Counted from the stretch's first letter, positions 7,071-16,897 are shown. The stretch: DNA of 31,970 nucleotides from Candidatus Woesearchaeota archaeon (GCA_964531355.1 CAZHCT010000002.1:1-31970); one strand, 5' to 3'. Notes: generated by a model from the sequence alone, not told the origin. Numbers and translations: made by a program.

Positions 7071-9203
7071 TCAAATTTTTCTATGCTTTAATTTATATGC
7101 AATAGATGGATGCTCTCTCCCTACTTTTATTGAATGAATCAACAAGTATTTTTCCTTTGTTTCTGGAAGTGAATGCTTTAATGAATTTTTCAATGCATGA
7201 GCGAATTTTTTAGCCCGTTTTTTATATATGAAATGAGCTACCAATGTCAATGGCTTGTTTTCTATTACATCAATAAACCCATCTTTTTTGAAGATATATT
7301 TATTCCTATTTTCTTCTTCTGAATGTATATGAGTTATCGGCTCTCTGAAATTATGCTCTGTTGTTTTTATCAAGCTGCTTTCATTTATTAATGAGTTTAA
7401 GTCTATCAAATAAACATAATAATGCTTGAATCTTAATAACATAAATGGAATTAATAATGCCAATAATAATGGCCATAATGAGAATATAATTCCTGTTGTG
7501 ATAATTACTGCACTGAATGTTAATATGTTTTTTGGTATTACTGGAATTGAAATTGGCTGCTCTTCTACAGGGCATTTTTTGCATCCATCTCCGCAATCTA
7601 CTCCTGTTTCAAAGCAGTCCTGTTTTGAGTTATTGCAATGATTATGACAATCTCCTTGGGTTAATGCTAGATATTGCTGCTTGCATTCTTCATCTGGTCT
7701 TGTGTATTTTTTAAAACATCCTCTTTCATAAACACATTCTTCTATTTCATCTTTAACACATTTTTTATATGCATAAGAGCATTCATTCTTGCAGACACAT
7801 TCTCCATTACTGCAGGTTTGGTATGTTTCACAGTAAATTCTATTACTCCAATATCTGCAGCCATCTGGATTTTGCAGGCAAGTATCATAAGCTTCATTAT
7901 CATAAGTGCATTTTTTCTCGTTTAAGGTGTTACAGCTGCTTGAGCAACCTGATGAACTACCACCTGAGCTTCCTCCACCTGAAGAACTGCTACCTGAAGA
8001 GGGGCATGCACCGCAATCTGATGAACAAGAAGAGCATAATTCTGTTCCTGAGCATAATCCACCACCGCAGGTGTTTATTGTAAATGTGAAGTTATTGTCA
8101 TAGAAATCTGTTTGGACTATTGTTGAATTGTCTGTACATTGAATATTCCATAAATATGTTCCATCTCTTAATGATGGGATTGTAATGTTGAATGTTTTGT
8201 TTGAGTAATTGTAGTTTATATCTCTTGAATTGTTAGCTAACCAAGAACCTGAGAAATTTGCGTATAAAGTGCAGTTTACTACTAAATAATCATCTTCTAC
8301 TGTAAAGTTGAAGTCTATTGGGGAAGAGGTTATTGATGATGCATTTAATGGGTAAGTTAAGTTTGAGACGTTTGGAGGATTGTCTTGTGTTAATGTTAAT
8401 ATTACATCCTTGTTTCCAGAGCCTATTAATATTGATGAGTTTACTGCTCTGAAATTTCCTATTGTTGCATTTACAGAATATGTTGCATAATATGCTGTTC
8501 CTGATGCTGTATCATTTGTGTATTCTGTTGCATTGAAGATTGCATGACCTGATGAATTTGTTGTTAATGTGTAAGTTGCTGAGGTTGAGTTAAATGCTAT
8601 AACTGTTGCTCCATTTACATTTGTTCCATTTGTGTAATTTACTTTTGTTCTTATATACCATTGTCTTGTGTAGTTTGATGAGGTTGTGAAGTTTATTTTT
8701 GAGTAGTTTACGTTTAATAATGTTATATTAATTGATTTTGTTATTTTGATGTCATTATTTGTGCTTGCGCTTATGTTTGAATTCCATATTAATGTGTTAT
8801 TTGCCGAGTATAAATGGATTCCTTCTGTTGTGAAAGAGGTTATTCTGCAGTTTCTTATGTTCATATTTGAGTTTATGCTTGTTATGTTCATTCCAAAACC
8901 TGCTGAACCTCCTCCTGTTATTGTGTTGTCTTGGCAGTTTAGTTCTGTGTTTGCTGCGTTGAAGATGGCACCGTTTGCAGCAAGTATAGAGTCACAGTCA
9001 ATCGTTCCGATAATATCATAATAACCTGTTCCTTTTGTTTGATCACAATATCCTGCTGCATTTAATGTTGTTAATCCGGTTATACTTGGTTTTAAAAAAA
9101 ACTCTTTTATAATTCCAAAGCCAAATAATATAATAATAAGTAACAGTAAGAATGGAATAAGTTCAAATTTCTTTTTAATACTATTTACACCTTTTTTAAA
9201 CAT
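7071..9203 (-). CDS. Large cell-surface protein (N-terminal TM/signal, beta-helix, Ig-like domains, Ser/Gly linker, Cys-rich repeats, C-terminal TM)
   Basis: Hydrophobic N-terminus then SITGL; Asn/Thr-rich with many N-x-S/T sequons; CGGGLCSGTELCSSCSSDCGAC; SSGSSSSGGGSSGGSSSG; ETGVDCGDGCKKC; TM segment before a cytoplasmic tail. Confidence 0.8.
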   Translation of the reverse strand: MFKKGVNSIKKKFELIPFLLLLIIILFGFGIIKEFFLKPSITGLTTLNAAGYCDQTKGTGYYDIIGTIDCDSILAANGAIFNAANTELNCQDNTITGGGSAGFGMNITSINSNMNIRNCRITSFTTEGIHLYSANNTLIWNSNISASTNNDIKITKSINITLLNVNYSKINFTTSSNYTRQWYIRTKVNYTNGTNVNGATVIAFNSTSATYTLTTNSSGHAIFNATEYTNDTASGTAYYATYSVNATIGNFRAVNSSILIGSGNKDVILTLTQDNPPNVSNLTYPLNASSITSSPIDFNFTVEDDYLVVNCTLYANFSGSWLANNSRDINYNYSNKTFNITIPSLRDGTYLWNIQCTDNSTIVQTDFYDNNFTFTINTCGGGLCSGTELCSSCSSDCGACPSSGSSSSGGGSSGGSSSGCSSSCNTLNEKKCTYDNEAYDTCLQNPDGCRYWSNRIYCETYQTCSNGECVCKNECSYAYKKCVKDEIEECVYERGCFKKYTRPDEECKQQYLALTQGDCHNHCNNSKQDCFETGVDCGDGCKKCPVEEQPISIPVIPKNILTFSAVIITTGIIFSLWPLLLALLIPFMLLRFKHYYVYLIDLNSLINESSLIKTTEHNFREPITHIHSEEENRNKYIFKKDGFIDVIENKPLTLVAHFIYKKRAKKFAHALKNSLKHSLPETKEKYLLIHSIKVGREHPSIAYKLKHRKI

Positions 9204-9251
9204 AAAAAAGATTAGTTATATTGTATATATAAAATTATTGTTAGTCTTAAA

Positions 9252-10124
9252 TCATTGTGATGTTGGATCGGGGAATACGTTATTTCCGGTTGATGACCAT
9301 TTTGAATCTTCTCTCCATTCTACATCCCCTCCTATATGCAGAATATTTCCTCCACCTTTAAGATTTCTCTTCGCAAGGTGATTTGCTATAGTCCTCTGCC
9401 CTGCTGTTCCTTCCCCATTTTCTAGTCCTGCATACCAATCGTATACAATAGGAAATCTACTATCCACTAGAAAGCCATTAATGACCTGCCCACCATTTCT
9501 TACTATTTGTACATCAAATGAATCAATATAAGACATTCTTGGTTGATTATCATTATAACCCGGAGTAGCTATTACAATTGTTGTTGGTTTTTTAGTTTCT
9601 TTATCTGCAGGACATCTAAAAGTTCCTGGTGTATCTATATAACCCCCTATGTAAATTAATCCTAAGGAAGCCACATTTAATGGTGATTCATAAAAAGGAT
9701 AATTTCCATCATAATCTAACATATATCTAGTTAAAGCTCCTCCAATATTCTTGAGATTAAAAGCACAACCAGCTCTATTTCCTTTTTCTATTGCTTCCCC
9801 TACTGGACCGGCTAATAATGCGGCAAGTATACCAATAATAGCCACAACAACAAGCAACTCAATCAATGTAAATCCTTTTCCGCCTGTTTTTTGAAATCTA
9901 TCAACTAATTCTTGATTTTTTTCATTGCTAAATCTAGATGTTATATCTGATGTTTCTTTGGGATCTAATTTACTAGCATAATTAACTGCCTCATTAAAAT
10001 TATTTCTAAACAGATATTTTTGAACTTTCTTAGCTACATTATAAAACTGAGAACTTAGATTAGGATATTCTCTATTCATAACTTCATTTATTGGCGTATT
10101 TAGCGCTATTGCTTCTAGTGACAT
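9252..10124 (-). CDS. Prepilin-type N-terminal cleavage/methylation domain protein (DUF1559/H-X9-DG-like) with an 84-aa leader
   Basis: GGKG|[20 protein letters not shown] at aa 84/85 with E5; [24 protein letters not shown]; C-terminal NH...[14 protein letters not shown]. Confidence 0.85.
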   Translation of the reverse strand: MSLEAIALNTPINEVMNREYPNLSSQFYNVAKKVQKYLFRNNFNEAVNYASKLDPKETSDITSRFSNEKNQELVDRFQKTGGKGFTLIELLVVVAIIGILAALLAGPVGEAIEKGNRAGCAFNLKNIGGALTRYMLDYDGNYPFYESPLNVASLGLIYIGGYIDTPGTFRCPADKETKKPTTIVIATPGYNDNQPRMSYIDSFDVQIVRNGGQVINGFLVDSRFPIVYDWYAGLENGEGTAGQRTIANHLAKRNLKGGGNILHIGGDVEWREDSKWSSTGNNVFPDPTSQ

Positions 10125-10350
10125 AAAATTAAGTAATTATAGAACTATTTAAAGTTTACTATTTAAAAGTAATTAAATATCTCATAAGCAAAGTTATTAC
10201 AACATTTTGTTTTAAAGGGATCTATATTTTATCATTTTATAAGATCTTTAAGGTTTTCCTTCCAATCCACATCAACATAAATTACCGAAAATTTACTCAA
10301 CTTACCTAAAAATTCTAAAGGTTTATAAATAAATTAAGTTTAATAAAAGT

Positions 10351-10782
10351 ATGACAGAAAAAATAATAAGACCTAGTGTAGTATTAGTCAAGGGAACGAA
10401 AATATTATTGCTTAAAAGCAAATATTCTTCTGGGGAGTTTTATTTATTGCCTGGGGGGGGTATTGAACGCTTTGAAAATATTGAAGAAACTGCGATAAGA
10501 GAGACTAAAGAAGAAACCGGATATGATATAAAAATAGAAAAACTTCTTTATTTATCTGAGTGGATTGAAAAAGAAAGAAATAAAAATATATTATATATCA
10601 TCTTTCTTGGGAAAATAAAAGGGGGCAAAGAAACCCACTTAAATGATCCATGCTTAGAGAAAGGAAATATTCAAGCAATTGAATGGATAGAAATTAAGAA
10701 TTTAAATAAAATTAAATTCTATCCTGAAGAAATAATTTCTAATCTAAAGAAAGATATAAAAAATCTTAGATTTAAAAAATGA
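10351..10782 (+). CDS. NUDIX hydrolase
   Basis: Nudix box PGGGIERFENIEETAIRETKEETGYDI; TATA at 10322-10329. Confidence 0.93.
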   Translation: MTEKIIRPSVVLVKGTKILLLKSKYSSGEFYLLPGGGIERFENIEETAIRETKEETGYDIKIEKLLYLSEWIEKERNKNILYIIFLGKIKGGKETHLNDPCLEKGNIQAIEWIEIKNLNKIKFYPEEIISNLKKDIKNLRFKK

Positions 10783-10783
10783 A

Positions 10784-11590
10784 TTAAAGTTTTATTAAAT
10801 TAAAAATTTTCATACCTGAGTTTATATTTATTTCCCCAGATGGATTCATATTATCTCTCAGTATGTTTTCTAGAAAATCATAAACTTTAAAATAAGTATC
10901 TTTGTCAAAAAGATTTGCTAAATGAAAATTAAGAAATGTTTCTATTGCTAAGTCAAGCGATTTGAATCTTGCTTGGCCTGTTACTTCTTCAATGCTAAAA
11001 TCGATAATATTTAATTTTTTATATTCTTCTAATTTTTGTATAAAAAAATCTTCTTTTTCACTGGTATTTTTATTTGGATTATATTTTTTATCTTTATATT
11101 TGTTTAGAACCTTTCTGATTAACTTTTGCTCAAATTTGCCCCTATCTGCATGAAAAAAAATCCCTTTTGTTCCCGAAGATAATTTTTCAAATAACATTCC
11201 ATTAGAATTTCCATCTAGATAAGGACCCCAAAATGAAAATATTAAATCATATTTTCTTAATGAATTTTTTTTAATAAAATTATTCATATCATCATTAATT
11301 ATAACAATCTTATCATCTATTTTTAATTCAAATGATTTTAACATAAACGGGTTTATTTCTATAATTGTAATATTACTTGAATATGCCTGAAGAACTTTTG
11401 TTGCTCTGCCAGTCCCAGCAGCAAATTCCAAAGAATTATTTATTTTATCTTTTAAATTATTCTCCAGGTAGTAATTTAAATATTCTAAATCAGATAAATT
11501 ATTCAAATCATATTTGGGTAAGAGCGAGCAGTAATATTTCCCATCCTCATAACAGTTTCTATTTTCCCAAAAGATATTTGTTTTGACCAT
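10784..11590 (-). CDS. Class I SAM-dependent methyltransferase, substrate unknown
   Basis: Motif I LEFAAGTGRAT, ITIIEINP, YDLIFSF; ATG at 11590 lies 1 nt after the upstream stop (track start 11614 is also possible). Confidence 0.8.
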   Translation of the reverse strand: MVKTNIFWENRNCYEDGKYYCSLLPKYDLNNLSDLEYLNYYLENNLKDKINNSLEFAAGTGRATKVLQAYSSNITIIEINPFMLKSFELKIDDKIVIINDDMNNFIKKNSLRKYDLIFSFWGPYLDGNSNGMLFEKLSSGTKGIFFHADRGKFEQKLIRKVLNKYKDKKYNPNKNTSEKEDFFIQKLEEYKKLNIIDFSIEEVTGQARFKSLDLAIETFLNFHLANLFDKDTYFKVYDFLENILRDNMNPSGEININSGMKIFNLIKL

Positions 11591-11591
11591 T

Positions 11592-12521
11592 TTATAATTT
11601 AAACCCAAATTCATTTACTCGTATTAATCTATCAAATTCTATTTTTTCAACACATTTGTAATTAACAAATGCTGAAATTTTTTGTATCCCCACTTTCCAA
11701 GCCCCATATGCACGATGTCTACCATCATAAATTATATCTGCATATTTTCCATCTTTTTGTATAATTCTGGTTACATTTATTGGTTTTAATTTCTTGCCTT
11801 TTTTTAGTTCTCTAAACTTTAGACTACTAGTTGATTGATAAACTCTTGGTTCAAAATCTACAAATAAATTTTCAATGCAAATTTCATTATTTAATATTTT
11901 TTCGTTTAAGATATGTTCTATGCACATTTTAGTAGAAAAATTTTCGTTAATGGTTGAAGTATCAATAATTTTATATGGAACATTAAATCTAGAGATTATT
12001 TCTCTATAAAGCATAGTAAACTCATTACTTTTTTTTTCAGACAATAAACTTTCTTGTTCATGTTTTTTTAGATATTGTCTTGACATTGCCCTTCTTTTTC
12101 TTTCTTCATAATCACATTCAATTAGAAATATATATTTTGGTTTTATACTTTTTTTGATAAATCTATCCATTTCTTTTATTTTTACATTATTCATAATTAA
12201 AGAATAAAATATGATTGCTGGAATATATCTATCTTGTATTATTTCTTTGAATTCACAGGGATTAGAGGGTAGAGAATCTCTTAGATAACAATTGAGGAAA
12301 TATTCTGATTTTTCCTTTGAGGTTAATCCTTTTATTCTTCCATCTTCTACAATATCATTTCTAATAAGTCCTTGATTATAATTATATACATTATCAATAT
12401 TGTAATCTTTTTTTAATAAAAAGGAAATATTTTTTGCTAAAACGGTCTTTCCGTTAAAGTCAAGCCCCTCAAATAAGATAAATCCAGGATGTTTTAGTTT
12501 AAGATTATTAATTTGTTTCAT
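11592..12521 (-). CDS. Thymidylate-kinase-like NMP kinase fused to a C-terminal ParB/Srx-like domain
   Basis: P-loop FEGLDFNGKT, IIQDRY motif, LID-like EERKRRAMSR; C-terminal KPINV...IIYDGRHRAYGAWKVG. Confidence 0.75.
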   Translation of the reverse strand: MKQINNLKLKHPGFILFEGLDFNGKTVLAKNISFLLKKDYNIDNVYNYNQGLIRNDIVEDGRIKGLTSKEKSEYFLNCYLRDSLPSNPCEFKEIIQDRYIPAIIFYSLIMNNVKIKEMDRFIKKSIKPKYIFLIECDYEERKRRAMSRQYLKKHEQESLLSEKKSNEFTMLYREIISRFNVPYKIIDTSTINENFSTKMCIEHILNEKILNNEICIENLFVDFEPRVYQSTSSLKFRELKKGKKLKPINVTRIIQKDGKYADIIYDGRHRAYGAWKVGIQKISAFVNYKCVEKIEFDRLIRVNEFGFKL

Positions 12522-13647
12522 AGAAAAACCCCTTATAAACTTCTGTATCTAATGAGCTTCTTCTACCAAATTCTGGAAATATTGGGATCAATCCATAATC
12601 TTTAGTTATCTTATCTTGTTCTGATAATATTTCAAACATATATTCAAGAGAAGGTCTTGGAAAATTAAAAAGAGGGGTCCCTTCATCAGGATGAAAGACA
12701 TTTAGGGATGGATGTATCCCTAATTTTCCAAAAAAATTCATTCCATCAGTTAAAGTCTTAGTTGATTCTAATCCACAAACAAAACCCGCTTTAACCGCAT
12801 TTTTTCTAAAAAGTTTAGAAGATTTTTCAAAAATATTCAAAAATTTTTCATATCCTATTTGTTTTTCTTTACCTGGACAATATCTTTTAAAAAGATTTGG
12901 ATCAAAAACTTCTATGTCAAATGCTATTGAATCTGGTCCTTCTTCTGCTAGGGAATATAATAGTTCATCTGATACAGGAGGAATTGTTACTAAATGATAT
13001 CTTACTGATTTGCCAGTTATTTTTTTCATTGATTTTATATATTTTAATTGATGTTCAATTCCCTTATCTGGGTTATTATAAGCTCCTGAAGAAATAAGAA
13101 TATAATTAAAAAGACCCTTATCCTTCTCTAAAGCAAGGTTAAGGGTCTCAATGACATTTTTTAATTTTAATTCTGGAAGATTTTCTTTTCCTTTATTTTT
13201 CTTTGTGTAGTCTATAGAACAAAAATAGCATCCTTCATTTTTATGCATAAAATAAGAGCAATGCCTATTGACAAAAATTGCAAAAACATCTATACCATAC
13301 ATCACAGCTATTTTTGATGCAGGAGTTCCATCAGATAAAGTACAGTTTGAAAAATTTGCTTCTGGAGTTAATTTTATATTACATAATCTTTCGTTTTTAT
13401 AATACAAAGACCTTTCATTTATGGAAAATGGCGAATTATTTTCTAAGAATATATTACTAATTATATTGTTGGGTAAAATTATTTCTGATGGTAAAATAAG
13501 ATCTGTTGTGATAGATGAATCGTAAATATATTTTTCAAGAGCTTCATCTTTATGTACTTTAAAGTTTTTATCAATGTTTACCCCTTTGATTAATAAGTTT
13601 AATTTAATTAATGCAGGATTATTTTTTAATTTATTAGTTTCCGTCAT
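12508..13647 (-). CDS. Radical SAM protein with a non-canonical CX9CX2C motif
   Basis: RHCSYFMHKNEGCYFC; TIM-barrel motifs ISSG, DSIAFDIEVFD...YCPGK, GFVCGLE, FHPDEGTPL. Confidence 0.85.
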   Translation of the reverse strand: MTETNKLKNNPALIKLNLLIKGVNIDKNFKVHKDEALEKYIYDSSITTDLILPSEIILPNNIISNIFLENNSPFSINERSLYYKNERLCNIKLTPEANFSNCTLSDGTPASKIAVMYGIDVFAIFVNRHCSYFMHKNEGCYFCSIDYTKKNKGKENLPELKLKNVIETLNLALEKDKGLFNYILISSGAYNNPDKGIEHQLKYIKSMKKITGKSVRYHLVTIPPVSDELLYSLAEEGPDSIAFDIEVFDPNLFKRYCPGKEKQIGYEKFLNIFEKSSKLFRKNAVKAGFVCGLESTKTLTDGMNFFGKLGIHPSLNVFHPDEGTPLFNFPRPSLEYMFEILSEQDKITKDYGLIPIFPEFGRRSSLDTEVYKGFFYETN

Positions 13648-14392
13648 CTTTTATAATCCCTCCGACAGGAATTTCTCCTCCAAGTCTTTTTATGTGGTCT
13701 ATTCTCCAAAGGAGAGAAGTGTCTAAGAAAACATCAATTCCCTTTTTATAACAATCGTGAAAGAAATAAGAATCATCCGCTCTATTTATTTTAGAGTTAT
13801 ATCTTACTTCTACAGATTTTATAATCTCTGTGTCAATCAAAGTACAACCTAATGAACAGCTCTTTACCTGAATTATTCCCTTATTTTCTATTTCTGAAGC
13901 GAGATACCATTCATTTACATCAACTGAATCAACAACATCTAAAACCTTGTCTAATTTAGAAGCAGAAATAACATAATCTACACATCTTCTTTGGTTGTTG
14001 GTGTGTGGTGAAACAATATAAGGTGCCCCTATAATTTTTTTATTATGCGACAAAAGAATGGTTAATATATCTAATGGCACAATTATATCCTGCTCAATCG
14101 ACATAAGAAAATCATAACCTCTTTCAATAACATAGTGATTTAACTTCTTTCTTGCTTCTGTAAGTCTTTCAAATGGATTTATATAATACTCTGATTTTAT
14201 TACTTCAATCTCTTCTTTTTCAAAAATTTTTTCAAATCTTGTGTTTTGTTTACTATTATCAACAACAACTATGTCATAGTTTTCATAAGCCAGGTTTTTT
14301 ACATTTTCTATCCAATAGGGGGTTATATACTTTTTATTTGAATAAGCCGGAGATCCAACCAATATTTTAGGTAATTTTTTTTTTAATTTCAT
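13634..14392 (-). CDS. GT-A fold glycosyltransferase (GT2-like)
   Basis: KILVGSPAY, DIVVVDNS, ARKKL, DFLMSIEQDII (DxD variant), LGCTLI, ADDSYF; start at ATG 14392. Confidence 0.82.
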   Translation of the reverse strand: MKLKKKLPKILVGSPAYSNKKYITPYWIENVKNLAYENYDIVVVDNSKQNTRFEKIFEKEEIEVIKSEYYINPFERLTEARKKLNHYVIERGYDFLMSIEQDIIVPLDILTILLSHNKKIIGAPYIVSPHTNNQRRCVDYVISASKLDKVLDVVDSVDVNEWYLASEIENKGIIQVKSCSLGCTLIDTEIIKSVEVRYNSKINRADDSYFFHDCYKKGIDVFLDTSLLWRIDHIKRLGGEIPVGGIIKDDGN

Positions 14393-14774
14393 AGAGATAT
14401 TATAAAAACAGAATATATAAACCTTTCTATTTATTCCTCTTCGGTAAGTAGTAACAACCATATTTTCGTAATTTGCTTCTTGATACGTCCTTCGTATTTT
14501 GATGCCTTTGGTTAACCTTTTAGGTTTAATTACATTCTCAGATTTAATTATAATTAATTGTTCTATTAAATAATTTATAAAACTATCTAAAGTATCAGTT
14601 CCATCCAATGCAACTAAATAATGCTTTATTTCAGAAGTTATTTCAATAAATATTACGAAGATTTATTAATAAATGAGCTTATTCTAAATAATGAGGTACA
14701 TCTAATAATGGAAAGAATAAAATGATAATAAAAAGAGAAAATGAAAATCCATTTGTTGAGATAATCAAAAAAAA

Positions 14775-15377
14775 ATGGCAGAAGAAATAGAACTTAAATT
14801 TGAAGTAAAGGATTATAAAAGTTTTGTTAAGGATGTTCTTAATATCTGTAAATTTATAAAATCGGCGATAGAGTTGACTGTAATGTACGATTATCCCAAT
14901 AAAATTCTATTTAATAAGGATGCACGATTAAGATTGCGTAAGATAGTTGATCTAAAGGACAATAAAGAGACTTGTGAACTTAGTTATAAAAAACCAAAAA
15001 CAAGGGAGGGGATTAAGATAGAAGAAGAATATGAAGTACAAGTTTCTTCGTTTGACCAAATGGACTTGATATTAAAAAATATTGGTTTTTTGAAAATTAG
15101 TAGTTATGAGAGAGTTAGGGACACATTTGTAGGTGATAATTGCAAAATTACTTTAGATAGTTTTCCATTTGGGGATTTTATTGAGATTGAAGGAGAAATA
15201 GATAAAATAAAATTTATTGCTAAAAAGCTTAAATTAGATATTGATAAAAATATAACCAAATCATATGATGACATTTATGCAGATCTATCAAAAAGAGATA
15301 AAAAAGAAGTAAAAGATCATTTAGTTTTTGATAAACCACTTCTTTTAGAAAAGGTTGAATTAAGAAAATCTATATAG
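14775..15377 (+). CDS. CYTH-domain protein (class IV adenylate cyclase/triphosphate tunnel enzyme family)
   Basis: EIELKF (ExExK), RLRLR, LSYKKP...EEYEV, YERVR, ITLD...GDFIEIEG. Confidence 0.9.
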   Translation: MAEEIELKFEVKDYKSFVKDVLNICKFIKSAIELTVMYDYPNKILFNKDARLRLRKIVDLKDNKETCELSYKKPKTREGIKIEEEYEVQVSSFDQMDLILKNIGFLKISSYERVRDTFVGDNCKITLDSFPFGDFIEIEGEIDKIKFIAKKLKLDIDKNITKSYDDIYADLSKRDKKEVKDHLVFDKPLLLEKVELRKSI

Positions 15378-15870
15378 ATGATAGAATAGACAGATTAAAT
15401 TTATCTTTCAGAAAAAATTGTGAAGGTTATTTTTTTGATGAATATAGGGATATCTTGGCAAAGGAAATGGATGGCATTTTAGTTTTTCCTGTAGGGGTAT
15501 TGATGATAACGAGAATATAGAGAAAGCGATTATTAGAGAAACCTTTGAAGAAACAGGAGCAACCATAAAAAATCTAAAAAAGATTGGAGAATTGAAATTT
15601 ATCTGGGGTCTAAATTGGGCTAAGACAGAAAAACAAAGAAAAAGGTATCAACAATATAAAGGTGAAGATATGCATTTCTTTGTTGGAGAGATAATTAAAT
15701 TTAATGAGCAAACTAAAAAAGAAGAAGATTTCTGGGTCGAAAAAAGGTTATTCCCGATAAAGAAATTAATTGAAATTATAGAATCAGGAAGACCTTTTGG
15801 CGAAGAAATTAAGGAATATAGAGAAACTCAATTAAAATTTTTAAGAGAAATTCAAAATGGAAAAATTTAA
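15378..15870 (+). pseudogene. NUDIX hydrolase with two -1 frameshifts
   Basis: Adding one A at 15385-86 and one G at 15494-97 restores a 164-aa ORF MIEIDRLNLSFRKNCEGYFF...FPVGGIDDNENIEKAIIRETFEETGA with a full Nudix box; the track shows only the C-terminal 92 aa. Confidence 0.8.
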
Positions 15871-16030
15871 GGTTGGAATAATAGGATTAAGACGCCAAGC
15901 AAGCCAAGATCATATTCCTGCGGTACTTAGTTCTGATCTTACTGAACTTAAAGCAGTTTGTGCAGGTTTAAATACGAAATTTAAATTGGAAGTATTAAAA
16001 TATAAGAGAGAAACCAATAGTTTTATATAA
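15857..16030 (+). pseudogene. Truncated Gfo/Idh/MocA oxidoreductase N-terminus
   Basis: MEKFKVGIIGLRRQASQDHIPAVLSSDLTELKAVC is a Rossmann beta1-alpha1-beta2 start; similarity stops after about aa 35 and the frame ends at 57 aa. Confidence 0.7.
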
Positions 16031-16051
16031 TAAAATGTTTGAAGTTAGGTT

Positions 16052-16798
16052 ATGACCTTTCCAAACTTTAAAAACAAGTATCTTGCTGAAGCATTATTTC
16101 ATCCTAATGACTTTATTAATTACAAAAAATGGGACAAGTCTAAATTTCCTTCAAGATACTTGCTAATATATTATCTTACACCATACAACTATTTACTAAA
16201 AAAGTATACGGGGAAATATCAAAAAATAAAATTATACAGTAACTTATCTATAATCCAAATTGGAAAAGTTGGAGTAATTAAAATGACAGGCATAGGCGCT
16301 CCTAATGCTGTAACAGTTTTAGAAGAATTGATAGCATTAGGTGGAAAGCAATTTATAAATATTGGAACCGCGGGTGGTTTGCAAGGTGAGGGGGTTTTTA
16401 TTTGTGATAGAGCTATTAGAGATGAGGGTACTAGTTATCATTATATTCCTTATGATAAATATTCCTATCCGAATAAAGATTTAACAAAAAAATTAGGTAT
16501 GTCCTTCAAAAAGCAAGGTGTGAATTTTACAAGTGCACCAACATGGACAATAGATGCTCCCTATCGAGAAACAAGAGATGAAATTGCTTATTATAAAAAA
16601 GAGGGGGTAGCAACTGTTGAAATGGAGGCTTCTGCCTTATTTGTAGTGGCTTCTGTTAGAAAAGTAAAAATTGCTTCTGCATTTGTAGTAAGTGATATTT
16701 TAGAAGAGAAGTGGAACCCAAAGTTTCATAAAATTGATATCAAAATAACATTAAATAAGATGATTGATGCTTCTATTCATTGTTTAAATAAAAATTAG
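16052..16798 (+). CDS. Nucleoside phosphorylase (PNP/UDP family)
   Basis: GIGAPNA, INIGTAGGL, AIRDEGTSYHY, TWTIDAPYRET, VEMEASALF. Confidence 0.92.
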   Translation: MTFPNFKNKYLAEALFHPNDFINYKKWDKSKFPSRYLLIYYLTPYNYLLKKYTGKYQKIKLYSNLSIIQIGKVGVIKMTGIGAPNAVTVLEELIALGGKQFINIGTAGGLQGEGVFICDRAIRDEGTSYHYIPYDKYSYPNKDLTKKLGMSFKKQGVNFTSAPTWTIDAPYRETRDEIAYYKKEGVATVEMEASALFVVASVRKVKIASAFVVSDILEEKWNPKFHKIDIKITLNKMIDASIHCLNKN

Positions 16799-16897
16799 AA
16801 TCCAGAAAGATATATAAACAAAACCCACTAAATTTATTTAGAGCACGTTCCATATATTGAAGCGAAGATTTTAAAAATTATATGGAGAACAGAATAA

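Noticed and set aside
10232-10318. Minus-strand start-less frame LEFLGKLSKFSVIYVDVDWKENLKDLIK in the prepilin-NUDIX gap
   Set aside because: It looks protein-like and may be a gene remnant, but at under 30 aa with no start codon or known motif it cannot be supported.
12263-12271. TAGAGGGTA, a partial match to the Fic-flanking arm
   Set aside because: Only 9 of 12 bp, inside a coding region, with no partner arm 14 nt away.
12508-13647. Idea that the radical SAM plus kinase is a prokaryotic viperin system
   Set aside because: Viperins have a canonical CX3CX2C near the N-terminus; this protein has CX9CX2C after a long extension and no viperin motif I can see.
14393-14608. 72-aa N-terminal extension of the glycosyltransferase from a TTG
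   Set aside because: The GT-A fold begins at ATG 14392 (MKLKKKLPKILVG) and the extension has no recognisable motif. It could be a degraded gene remnant, but I cannot support that.
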